Shown: piece after piece, positions 14,234 through 26,477 of the stretch | How positions within the stretch are numbered: the first letter of the stretch is position 1 | Layout of the letters: each line of letters begins with the position of its first letter | DNA from: Octopus vulgaris | Taxonomy: Eukaryota | Direction: 5' to 3' | Length of the DNA: 64,000 nt | Assembly (NCBI GenBank): GCA_951406725.2 | Contig: OX597817.1 | Coordinates: 114,514,001 to 114,578,000, forward strand | Notes under the pieces: model-generated | Seen by the model: the letters and a program-made list of their open reading frames with translations, nothing else | Told to the model about the DNA's origin: nothing | Databases searched by the model: none | Position numbers and translations under genes: made by a program

Positions 14234-14367
14234 AAAGAAGCAAGTTAACTGACTGGCAAGAGAAGACATTGCATTTCCAAAGATAGTTGCTGAATATATA
14301 TATATTTTCAGCAACTATCTTTGGAAATGCTATGTCTTCTCTTGCCAGTCAGGTACCTTGCTTCTTT
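14234..14367. repeat. Long palindrome, ~62-bp arms around a (TA)n loop
   Basis: AAAGAAGCAAG...CAAAGATAGTTGCTGAA then TATA loop then TTCAGCAACTATCTTTGG...CTTGCTTCTTT, with only a few mismatches. Confidence 0.9.
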
Positions 14368-15903
14368 ATATATATATATATATAGGAGAATTTGTTTTTT
14401 GGGGTTTTAAAATGTACCTGAATCTGAAAACAGTATAGTCATTTTTAAATAGATTTATTCACATACCAAACTAGTTTCGATAATATTTTTGCTTATCAGT
14501 GGTACAAATATATGTGAAAAAAGTGGGGTTTGGGAGAGTTTAAAATTACATGGTGAAAATTGATGAAAAATGTTCAAACCATCATATGTTCAAATGTTCA
14601 CAGAGATTTCAGTAAGTTTCATAGGGATAGATAGTATTATCATTACAAATGTGCATTTTTGAATGTTCAGTCATATTGAATTTTTATAAAACAAGTGAAG
14701 AAAGAGAAAGAAAAAAGATTTTTATTTACAATTCCTGTCGTGGTTCAAGTAGTTCATTTTTTTTCAGTTTCACTTGACTGGTCTCTTCACCTTTCATGGA
14801 CTGTTGTAATTGGAAAATACTTTGGGTTCAATTTTTTAGTATATACATGTTTTTACGGAAAAGGATCTAATTTTCGATTGGCTATAATTTTGATAGCATT
14901 TTATTCTTTTCTTGTGGGTATTTTGGTAAAAAAAAAAAATCTTTCTTTTGACAAATTTTAGTGTTTTGGTTGGTTGGCTTCCTGGTGACGACCATGGTCA
15001 AGGAACAGGTTCTGATTGGTTGTAGGTTTTGTGACTTTATTTTGATCAAAAATATTTTCCATTTTGGACAACATATTTTTGTTTTGGTAAGGTTCAGCAT
15101 TCTGCTTGGTTGACTTCCTTGTAGGGACTTGGTAATTTGTTGTATTTTTTTCTTCTTTGCATATATATATATATATATGTGTATACACATCAGGTATCTT
15201 TCATTTTTCCATCTACCAAATCCACGCATAAGGTGTAGTGGCCCAAAGCTATAGCAAAAGACACTTGCCCAAGGGGCCATGCAGTTGGACTGAACCCCAA
15301 ATCACAAAGTTGGAAAGCAAATTTCTTAACTACACTGTCATGCAGACTAAAAACCAGATCCATTCTAATCTTCATTTTCTACATCATTGAAAAATATTGA
15401 TAAACTGATGGTATTAAAGTTATTTCATTTTCCATTGACTTTTGGATTTTGGACATCTCTTCATCACTTACAGGGGTGCTGTCCAGTGGTGGTCTTTTCT
15501 GGAAGCAATTTATGTCATAAGCTTTCTTTACTAACAATTTACAAAATTACACTTGTTAAAAGAAACTGTACAAAAGAAGATCATATAAGAATTATTAAAA
15601 TAAGACGTACTAGATAGTATAGTTGAAGGTAAACTATGCCTGAGGAAAAAATTGAGTTGTGTTTGCTAAAAGATCTCTTCCATTAAGTTTGATTAGAACC
15701 TAAATAACATCAATACCAGCATGATAAGTCAGTGAAGGAATGCTTTTTTGATTGCTGAAATAGTAGTTAAATCTCCCTCATATTGCACTGTATTGTGTTA
15801 AAAAATGAAAGTGCACACTGGATAATGTAGTTCTACATACAATGTGTGTTTTAAAAATAGGTATGGAACAATCATAGTTTGAATGCTTTTGATAATATAT
15901 CTA

Positions 15904-17136
15904 TCAGGTCATTAAGAATGAAATGTCTGATTTTGAACTGAAAGTTTATTTTACTTTATCTCAACAAAAAGCAATGCAGTTAATCAAAGTTTGCACCTAG
16001 ATTATCAACACAGTTTTGCCATTTTAACAGTAGCTTATTTATGCCAGCAGCGAAGAATTCTGGAGAGCGAGAGGTGTTGAAATCACGAAAGGTTGTTTTT
16101 GCATCTTCTTCAGATTCAAATTTTTTTCCTTCCAAAATGTCTAATGCTTGGAAAACATGGTAATCAGTTGGTGCAAGGTCTGGTGAATATGGTAGATGAC
16201 AGAGTACTTCCAAGTTCAGTTCCTGTAACTTGAGTAGCATTCTTTGTGCAACATGTGGTCAAGCATTGTCTTGCAAGAGAATTGGCCTGTCTGTATTGAC
16301 CAATCTTGGTTGTTTAATTGCAAGTTCACTCATCGTTTCATCCAACTAGTTTATGTAAACATCCGCTGTAATTGACTTACCAAGTCTCACAAAGCTGTTG
16401 TAAATGACACCAGCACTATTTTTGGTAAATATTCCTTTTTGGATTGTGTTTTGGCACCTCGTCTCTATCCAACCACTGTGTAGAATGCTTGTTATTGTTG
16501 AAAAGAATCCATTTTTCATCACTCAACAATACAATGCAAAAATGGTTTGCTTTTATGCTGTGTCAACAAAGAACAGCAAGTTTCAAGATGAGGTGTCGTT
16601 TGATGCTTGTTCAGTTCATGTGGTACCCATTTGTCCAGCTTCTTTACCTTGCTGATTTGTTTCAGATGGTCCAATATAATTGGAATCGAAACATCAAACC
16701 TTAATGCTTACTCACATGTAGTTTGAGATGTATTCACTTCCACTATAGTTTCCAGCTTATCATTATCTACCTTGGTCTTAGGTCTACCATGGGGCTGATT
16801 CTCAAGAGTAAATTCACCAGACTGGAACTTCTCAAACCATCGATGTACAGTGCACTAATTTACCAAACACCACATTGATGTTTCAAGCTGTCTGAGATTC
16901 ATTGGTTCCATGATGGAACTCATATTCATAAGCAACACGAATTTCTGATCTTTCTATGGGTTCACAAAAATTGATTTACAAAAGAAAACTCACAATATAA
17001 TCAGACACCATGAATTGCATTTCAAAAAGTGATGACGTAATGCTTCAATGTTGTAAAACAAAGAATTAGCATTAGAGTTAATGACTGACAAACTTGGTGC
17101 ATAAGCAAATTGGACATTTCATTTTTAATGATCTGA
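15904..17136 (-). mobile_element. Full-length but decayed mariner DNA transposon (~1.23 kb)
   Basis: TIRs TCAGGTCATTAAGAATGAAATGTC and GACATTTCATTTTTAATGATCTGA, with TA duplications at 15902-3 and 17137-8. Minus-strand transposase remnants LLQDNA*PH and HLPYSPDLAPTDYH (ORF 15980-16240). Stops and frameshifts throughout. Confidence 0.92.
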
Positions 17137-19331
17137 TATTTTATGGAGATGTACTTGCATAGCAAGTGACCTGATCTGAGATCGTGTACTGGAATGAAGG
17201 CAATTGCAGCGTGGAAGGTGTTTATAAGCTATTTAAGAAACACACAAAAACCGTTAGATTCACTTTAACATTTAAATTTAATTTACCAAAATATTTTCAT
17301 CGCTTTGAGACCGCGACCTGTTCACTGAAAAAATTCCGTGCTGCATATTTGATATTTGTTCATGGCTAACAGGAGCTAAACAACAACAGTAACAAATCCA
17401 ACAACAGCAACAGCAGCAGCTACAGTAACAACAACAACACCTAAATCTTAGTGACTACTGGTAAGATTATGCTTTGTGGAGGTTTAATAAGGCTGAAACA
17501 TGTGTGGAGTTGTCACTATTTACTGAGGATCAAACTCGCTTCCCACTGCAAATCTTTATTCAGTTTCTTGTTGGATAAGTGCATGCAGTGGGAAGTGAAT
17601 CTGTAATTAGTAATTAGTTTCTACTTTGGAATGTCACTCTTGCCTGTCTTAATCAGAATTATCACAGAAGCTAATGACTTTTTTTTTACTTCACTACAAA
17701 TATAATTTTAATTAATCAGGCACTCTTATGACTATAAAACTGTGTTAGCCTTTATTTAAATGCATGGTCTTTATGCAGAAGATATCCCTGGCAAATTCCT
17801 CACCCAAGCTATTATTCTTAAAGATTAGCTTTTCACTTTCTTTAGAACACATCAATATGTTGACAGTTGAAGCTGGTGTGAAATGCAATTCATGTAGTAA
17901 ACAGCTCTAACTGGGACATGAAATCTTGTATGTCCTTGTCTCTTAACAAAAGAGAAAAAAATAAAAAAAAAGAAACGAATAGTGTCTGCCTAATTATCCA
18001 TTTTGAAGGAAGCAATGATTGTCTCCATTGGGAATCGTAATTCCTCACACTGTTTATATAGGGTCTGTTTATCTCTGGAATATAAGGTGTTTATGGTAGA
18101 TGGAATTGAAATACGGATATAAATAAGACAGTGAATTTTGTCTTGCCTCTCAGGGAATATCTCCTACTCCCTCTCCTTTTGCACTATTTCTTTTTCTTTC
18201 ACACATATGTGCATACTGAAAAGAGGCAATCAACACACACACAGATACATACACATGTGTGCACATGCACCCTTTCCCCACATGCAACCCCTCATACAAA
18301 TAGTTACACTCATTCACTTATGCGCAGAAGTGAATGGGTGAGAAATGAACAAACATACATGCGCGAGGGTTTGTATTTATTCAAATATATCTGAAGAAAG
18401 CTAACTAATACACACACTTAAAAGCAGGAATGGCTGTGTGGTAAGAAGTTTGCTTCCAAACCACATAGGTTTGGGTTCAACCACATTGAATGGCACCTTG
18501 GGCAAGTATCTTCTATTGTTGCCCTGGACAGACCAAAGCCATGGAAACGGAAAGAAGCTTGCTGTATATAAATGTATACGATTGTGTGTGTTACCGACTC
18601 ATTGCCTTGACTTTGTGTGATAATTGTAAATGAGTGTCACTGTCATACAAGCAGTGTCATTCATTTCCAATATTTCGGGAATATGTATTTGGCCGTGGGG
18701 AAATATTATCTTCTACCCATAGATATGAAAGGCACCCATACCAGTGACACATAAAGAGCACCTGTGCCAGTGAAACATAAAGACACCCAATACACTCTGT
18801 GGAGTGGTTAGCATTAGGAAGAGTGTCAAGCTATAGAAACCAGGCCAAAACAGACTGGTGTCTGGTGTAGCTCTCTGGCTTACCAGTTCCAATTAAACTG
18901 TCTAACCCATGCCAGCATGGAAAATAGATATTAAATGATGATGATGATGATTGGAAACAGGCATCAGCCATAGAAAAATCTGCTTCAACAAATTAAAGTG
19001 AGATGATGATGATGTGTGTGTACACACACGCATGTATTTATTTGTATATTATACATCACCACAGTTTGTATTACAGTCATTTATACAATATATTCAATTT
19101 AAACCTTTGTCTGACATATGTTTCTACTGTATGGATATCTTGCAATGTGGTTTTTATTTGCTTTCTGTTGGGTTCATCTGCATCCAGATTTGATTCTGCT
19201 TGATGTATAATTTTCCTTATTTATTTGAATTGTCCTGAATATACTCTTAATAAGCTGTTTACAATTCAAAGACGTGAATCCAGGATTTACCCATCGATAG
19301 AAATACATTGGGATTGTCTACTTTAAATAGT

Positions 19332-19625
19332 ACTAGTTTATTCCGTCATTCGGTGCAGTTAGCCAGAACTTGGATTATACTAGACTGCTTGAACATATAT
19401 TATCCCTGCCTAATATATTATCGCTGGATATATTTATTATCCTTGGCTTACACAAGATCAAAATTGGCAGCCAAATTGCTGAAATCTGAGGATATTAGAG
19501 ATCTCCCAAAAACTTCCAATCATGATAAATTGATATGAATCTCTAAATAATGCTTTCCATGAAATGGAACAAAAAACTCAGATTTATAGAGAAATGAACC
19601 TTTTGTAAACTTATAAATATCTAAT
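19332..19625 (-). mobile_element. Possible short non-autonomous Helitron
   Basis: Minus-strand end CCGAATGACGG (small hairpin) ..AAACTAG|T. The 5' end is not well defined. Confidence 0.35.
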
Positions 19626-19966
19626 TATTAAAGTGGAAGCATTATCAGAAAAGCCATTTCTATTAATTTTTTTCAAATATATATGTATATACAATAACAC
19701 CTCACTTTATGAGGACCCGCTTTATGAGACCCCAGGTTTACAAGTTTTATTTTATTATAAATATAAAAGGTTAAACATCCCTTTTGTGTATGTGTGTGGC
19801 AATGTTGCCACACTGGTTCTGATGTATCTACATAGCAACAGAGTAAAGTGACGGCATAAAATTTTGTTGCTACCATGGGAAATTATTGCTCTGCTTTATA
19901 AGGTGTTGCTTTACGAGTGGTCTCCAGGAACAAATTAACTCGTATATCGAAGCATTATTGTATATA

Positions 19967-20496
19967 CAGGGTGGACCAAAATTAGTGCCCCAACTTGAAT
20001 TTTTGAAAATCCAACGATTTTGTAGGTGCTGATGGAGGAAGTTTCTTACACGTTTGTCATAATGAGGAGTTGCTCCATCTTGCACAAAGATTTTGGAATG
20101 ACGGTATCAAAAATGTGGCCAGATAATGTTTTCACACACTGCTAGGTATTGATCACCATTCCTTGTCTCTCATTGAATATGGAATGCACAAATTCCTGAA
20201 GATGATATTGCTGCCCAAATGACAAGAGAAGGTGAATTGACGTGCTTTTCTCAAACCACTTCAGGGTCATCTTCTGAAGCTGTTATGGCAGTTGATGTGA
20301 CCAGAAACATGGAAGGTCGCTTCATCAGAGAAAATGAATTGATAAAAAAATCCTGGCTGTCTGGCTTCACAAAATCCGACACATCGAATAATCAATGTCA
20401 TATAGAAATAATAACTGCATGCATCCAGAAACTACAGAACTAATAGACACATATAACTGGGACACAAAGTTTGGGCACTAATTTTGGTCCACCCTG
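19967..20496 (-). mobile_element. Internally deleted Tc1/mariner-superfamily transposon
   Basis: ~28-bp TIRs CAGGGTGGACCAAAATTAGTGCCC and GGGCACTAATTTTGGTCCACCCTG with TA flanks. Minus-strand remnants FSDEATF, VIWAAISS and QDGATPHY..VRNFL..RWI. Confidence 0.9.
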
Positions 20497-21159
20497 TATA
20501 AATATCAGAAAACATTTGCCTGAGTTACTGTGCAGTGATTTTGAATGTGAAGCCATACATGGCTGTAAGATGGAATTCTTAACCACACAGCCATGCCAGT
20601 GCTTATATGTATACAAGTATAATAGATTGACAGAATCATAGCAAGTCAGACTATATGCTTTGTAGTATCTAATTGAATCCTGTGTTTAATTACACTGCAG
20701 GCAACTTTGTTTCTCATTCTTCTAAAGTCTATAAAATAAAGTACCTGTTATATATTGGCTTAATATAGTCTTTCTCCAAAAAAGTTATACCCTTGTGCCA
20801 CTGTTAGAAATATATATGCAAATTTATGTTAAAAAGTTAATCCCTTCTGAATTAGAATAATCCAAATGACCTGGTATTTATTTCCGATTTCTGTTGGATT
20901 AAGTGAGGATGAGAGACAACATTCTTCTGCATAGATTGCTAGTCTCTCGTAGGTAACCTTTCAGACAGTGGCAGTTGAACTTGCCATGGCAAACTAACAA
21001 ATCACTCATCAAATCGGCAGTGCTGCTATTTGCTGCAATGGTGAGCTGTTCCTCCCTACTTAAATATATTTATTTAAATCTATTTATCGAGATATATGCA
21101 TAGGTGTCAATTGATACATGTGTGCACACATGCGCATGCACATACACACATGTGTGTGT

Positions 21160-21192
<33 letters not shown>

Positions 21193-21340
21193 CATGCATG
21201 TGTGTCTGCGTGTGGTCTCTCATTTGCATCTATCTATATAAATGCAGATGATGAGAGATAAAAACTTTTTAGGTTAGGATGCCATTCTGCTGCTGGCATT
21301 ATTCCAAAATGCCAGATATACCTGGTCAAGCTGCTATGTA

Positions 21341-21409
<69 letters not shown>

Positions 21410-21418
21410 GTATATGTT

Positions 21419-21465
<47 letters not shown>

Positions 21466-23863
21466 GTGTATATATATATGTATGTATGTATATATGTTTG
21501 TGTATATGTGTACGCATATATAGATACATCTTCTCGTGTACATTTACACAAACACACATTTCAACTAAATCTTCTTTCAGTTATTTTCTTCTTGGTGACA
21601 ATTTATTTTTTTTACTGAAATGTTTTAGCTCCTGTTTGAGAGTAGTCAATTTATATTCAGGTTTCCTTTTTGTTATCATCTCTGTTCATTTTCTCCATTT
21701 TCTTCTTTAGTTCTTTTTTGGTTAGAAGTGTAGCAATTTATTTTGTTGCATTTGATATCATCAAATTTGTTGACATTTCTTTCATTATTTTGTCTTTGTT
21801 TACTTCTTCAGTGTGCTCATAATGCTGTTTAGCATTTGTGGAGAGGGAATATAAACAGGTGTTTATTTGCCGGAATGATGGTTCATTACACTGTTGCAAA
21901 TTGTTCTCTCCCCTTATCATTAATCTTTCTCTCTATCATTAATTACTATCAATATTAGTCAACTAGGGTTTGTGTTGCAGGGGAACTTTAAAACTGAAAT
22001 ATTCTTTCATGAAAACATTTCATTAAAAATACATTTCCCTTTCATATTCTGTGCTCTTTCAGTTCATAATTTATTTGCTAATTTTGGCTATTTCTATGAT
22101 CACAAGCAGCTAAATGATAATGGTGGACCTTACTGAATTGTAGCAGTAGGATTCTGCTCTGGTCACACATAATATTGGCTTGCCTGTTTTAGGAATGTTT
22201 GTTTACTGTTTTTTTGTGCAATGTTTTCACTGCTGAGAAAAAAATTACAATCACTGACCCTTATATTACATTAAAACGATGTTGGTTGTTATTGTAATTA
22301 TTTTCTCATGAAATAAATCTAACTATCTGGTTAAAGTTTGTTGCAGTAAATTTTCATTTATTCCTACAGAAGGATATTTTTTGCCATTTTACAGCAATTA
22401 CATAAGTCATTATTGAGTTCACTACCCCAAGTATAATGTAATTTATAATTTCAAATAATTTTAATTTCTTCTCAAACTAAAACTGATAAGATAGTATTTT
22501 CCTTTTTCAGTGTTGTTTTTCCTTCATTTCATCTCTGATGTTAATGCTGCTATGTCCAGCCATATTACTTGTAGTAATTTTCTGCATGGCAAATTCAGGT
22601 TTTGAATGAATGAAAGCTTTCTTTAGTGCATGTAATCAGAAGAAAAGCTGGTTATTTAACACACTGTGATATTAATGTTGGAGATAATATTCATTGTAAA
22701 TTCACTGAATAGTCTCCTGCATCAAGCATGTGGCTGTTCCCACTGAATATTGTGTAGTCTGTCTGTCTGTTTGTCTTTGTCTATGTATGTGTTTGTGTGC
22801 ACACATGTGTGTGTATATGTTATTTGCATGCATGAATCTGTATGTTTTTGACTGATGCACATGTGTGCATATACATATGTTTGTCTAGTTATGTGTATGT
22901 ATGTATGCATATTGGTGTGTGTATGTATCTGTGTTTATGTATGTACAATATCAGGTCACTTTGCATGCTACTGGTGATACACAATCCAGTTTTACTTATT
23001 ACAAGGTTGGGTTATTGATAAATAAACTGGCACCTTACCAGCCTAGCTTGGTGAGAAGGGCTTCTAGAAGCCCAGCAAGACAAAATCAAGGTCTAGCAAA
23101 AGGACAGATAAACCCAGCTTAGGGTCTGTGAACAACTAACAATAGTGTGAAGAGGCACAAAAATACTTGAAATAGCAAATGAGTATGTTGCAAAACCTCT
23201 AATCATTGTCTGAACATCTATGTAAGAAGAAGATGGAAAATTATGATGTAAAACCTGAGGATGAGTCAGTCACTGGTTGTCCTAAGCCATTTCAGGCTAC
23301 TGAAAGGAAAGCTTTTGTCTGTGGGTTTTGCACATGTTTCATTCATTTCGATCAGAGACTTCTTTGGACCACAAATGGACAACAGATCAGATGTTTTGTA
23401 AACGGTCATTGACTTTGCAATTGTTACATCATGCCTATCTGCAATGATGATATACTGCCACTTCCATAGTTCTCTAGCTCATGAGGGTATACAGTAGGGG
23501 TAACATAAAGTGGTGTGTTAGCATTAAACCCTTCTGTCCCTACTTAACTCCCAGGTTTTGTTGGAATTATCATCTGTGCTTCTGTAACTTTGGTTTTTTT
23601 TTTCTAGATAGAATTGTTGACACTCAGAAATCCATTTTTAGCTCTAGCAAGCGATGGTCCACATGTAGCGTGGACCCTATCCTTTGACCTCTCTAGCATC
23701 GTACCAAGAGCTTGTGCTTTGCTGGCATAGTTCTCAGAGTCATAGAAATACATAACCTACCACATGTAATAATGATTTGATCTTGTGATGTAACATTGGT
23801 GGTAACAGTCATGATTTTCTGGTCACCTATGTAGTTGAGTATTTTGTTGTGGTTGCTGTTTAA

Positions 23864-24602
23864 CCCTTTAGCATTCAGATTATTTTGTTGAATGTAATGC
23901 GTTTTTATTCCATCAGATGTTGTGTGCAAGAGAGAAGACTGTGCTGGTTTGGTCATGTGATGTGCATGGATGAGGACAGCTGCATAAGGAAGTGCTGAGC
24001 TGTGGAGGGAACCTGTAGAAGTGGGTAGACCCAGGAAGACGTGGGATGTTGTGGTGAGAAGGGATTTTCAGATGCAGGGCCTCACTGAGTAAATGACAAA
24101 GGACCGAGAGTTGTGGTGATTTTCTGTACTTGAGCAGATATGTCAAGCCAAGTAAAATCGCTGTCTTCCATACATATAGGCTTATCCTTTGCAGATGCCG
24201 GTGCCACATGGGATGCACTCGAGCTAATGCTGTGTAAACACTCCCATGCCAGTAGAATATAAAAAGCACCCAGCACTCTCTGTAAAGTGGTTGGCATTAG
24301 GAAGGGCATCCAGCTGTAGAAACTATGCAAAAACAAACAATTGGAGTTTCTCAGCTGGCCAGCTCCTGTCAAACCATCCAACCTATGCCAGCATGGACAA
24401 TGGATGTTAAACGACAACGATGATGATGATGACGATGTTTTGAATTAACCGTGCATTATCTTATAACTTTGTGATTTCAATGATGTAATTGTATATTTTT
24501 AGAAAGACATTGTAGGTTAGGTGTAAGAGGCCATTCTTGTCAGTCTGAAGATAAAACAATAAAATATTTGGATCAGATATGGTCAGTTTAAATGCTAAAG
24601 GG
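23864..24602. mobile_element. TTAA-flanked MITE (piggyBac-type ends) interrupted by an RTE 3' tail
   Basis: TTAA|CCCTTTAGCATT ... AATGCTAAAGGG|TTAA. Same family as 36456-36674. The body is split by the insertion at ~23912-24437. Confidence 0.8.
23912..24437 (+). mobile_element. RTE-like LINE 3' end with (GAT)n tail
   Basis: Encodes RLCWFGHV and GRPRKTWD (RTE C-terminus), then GGTTGGCATTAGGAAGGGCATCCAGC..CCAGCATGGA..TTAAA(TGA)n. The same tail occurs at ~18800-18950, 29010-29165, 51330-51466 and 60240-60380. Confidence 0.75.
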
Positions 24603-25151
24603 TTAAGAAGTTTGATAGAATTCTAAGAAGGGATTGTTCTTGGACACAAATTGATTGCCATGATTACTGCTAACTCTGCCATCACTACCATACCATGACT
24701 ACTGTCAATATTATGCTATCCTACCACCATCACCATCACTACCATCTGCACCACCACCACTGCTACCACCACCACCACCACCACCACCACCACCATCATC
24801 ACTTTTACATAATATAGGCTAAACTTCTAGAATGTTTTAACATAATTTTCCAGCTCATCAATGGTGTGTCATTTTTCTGTTCTAATTATTCCTGTCTTTT
24901 CTGGTTTTGAGAAGAGAAGCTTAGCTTCTCAAAATTGGAACTGAGGTAGATGGTTACATAATCTCCAATAATCACAGGTAAATATATAAAATTATTTTCT
25001 GGTATGTTTATATTCTTCTGTGTATATGTCTGTATGTGTATGTTGGATTTTTTTGCAGTGTATGTTTGCATATGTATGTATATGTCCATGTATGTGTTTA
25101 TGTATATAAATATATATAAATGTGTGTCTGTGTGTGTATATATATATATGA

Positions 25152-25205
<54 letters not shown>

Positions 25206-25899
25206 AGATATTCTGACTATCAATCATAAATTCATATCCACACACAGGAACGCACACACACATTCACTTCACACACGCATACTTTATCAAAGATGCAGTC
25301 TTAAATCACTTATTCAACAAGAGTAGAATTCTTTGAGTAAAATCATCAAAGAAAGAAAGAAGGAAAGAAAGAAATCAAGGAAATAGGGAAGAAAGAGATA
25401 AGAAGGAGGAAGAGTTAATAAAATCATGAAGCAAAATAAGATTAATATAACAGGAATACGGAAATGACAGATTTTTCAAGATTTATCCGTCTTCATAAAT
25501 GCAAATACTTACCTGATGTGTCTGTTGTAATAAAAGTATGTGTGTGTGTGTGTGTGTGTAATACACGCACACATACAAACTTATAGGTTCTTTGTGTGCC
25601 TATATACATACACTATCATATTCATGTAGACGATGCAAAAGACATTTTCTCAAAGTTTGAGTTCCTGAAAAATGATGTTGATAATAATGATGATGAAAAC
25701 AACAACAACGATGATGATGAATATGATGATGATGATGATTTCATTTGCCACAAGGGCCAAAGCTTTGGAGATAGTACAAATGCGAAATAGATAAGAAACC
25801 AAAGAAAACACGGAATGGCAAAGGAATTTCCATGGAGTAAATGGGGGATATCAGCATTATCAGTAAAGACACCATTAATACTTACATGATAATAATCTA

Positions 25900-25936
<37 letters not shown>

Positions 25937-26477
25937 GATTTAAAAGTGTGTGTGTGTGTGTGTGTGTATGTGTGTATGTTCCTTATGCATTCCAAAACTG
26001 AATTGCCATTTTTGACATATGGATGTATCAAAAGATTCAGTAAGCTTTTGGCTACCAACTAAGCTATATTTTCATTCACTCATTTGCATTACAAAAATTT
26101 AAGATTATCATTTTCCTTTTCGTCACCTATTGTAAATGACATCTTTTCCCACCACCACAATGATGATGATGTCACATTTTCTATATGTGTTTGCGCATTC
26201 ATTACGTATGTTAGGCCGATGACTGACAAGTATACGTGTGTGATAGTGTTTATGTCTCTCAGTATACATACATTTTTGTGACAACTAGCACACACACACA
26301 CATACACACACACATCTAATGACAGACACACAGAGGGACAGTGATAGGCTTGAGGTGTGCGTTTATGTATGTCTTTGTGTGTGTGTGTCTTAGTATGTGT
26401 GTGTGGCTTTCCCCCCACCCAACAGTGAAACATGCTGATATTGAAAGTTACAATTAACCACTATGCCATATGCCCAT

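Noticed and set aside
19695-19750. Hammerhead-like fragments (CTTTATGAGGACCC..; also CTGATGAGG at 4665 and a minus-strand candidate near 5175-5210)
   Set aside because: No GAAA core or closing stem I could be found. Too degenerate to support.
25895-26290. Plus-strand Helitron-like start (TC..TATATAAAA..GTGTGT..TTCCTTATGCATT)
   Set aside because: No convincing 3' hairpin plus CTAG end, so the boundaries cannot be supported.
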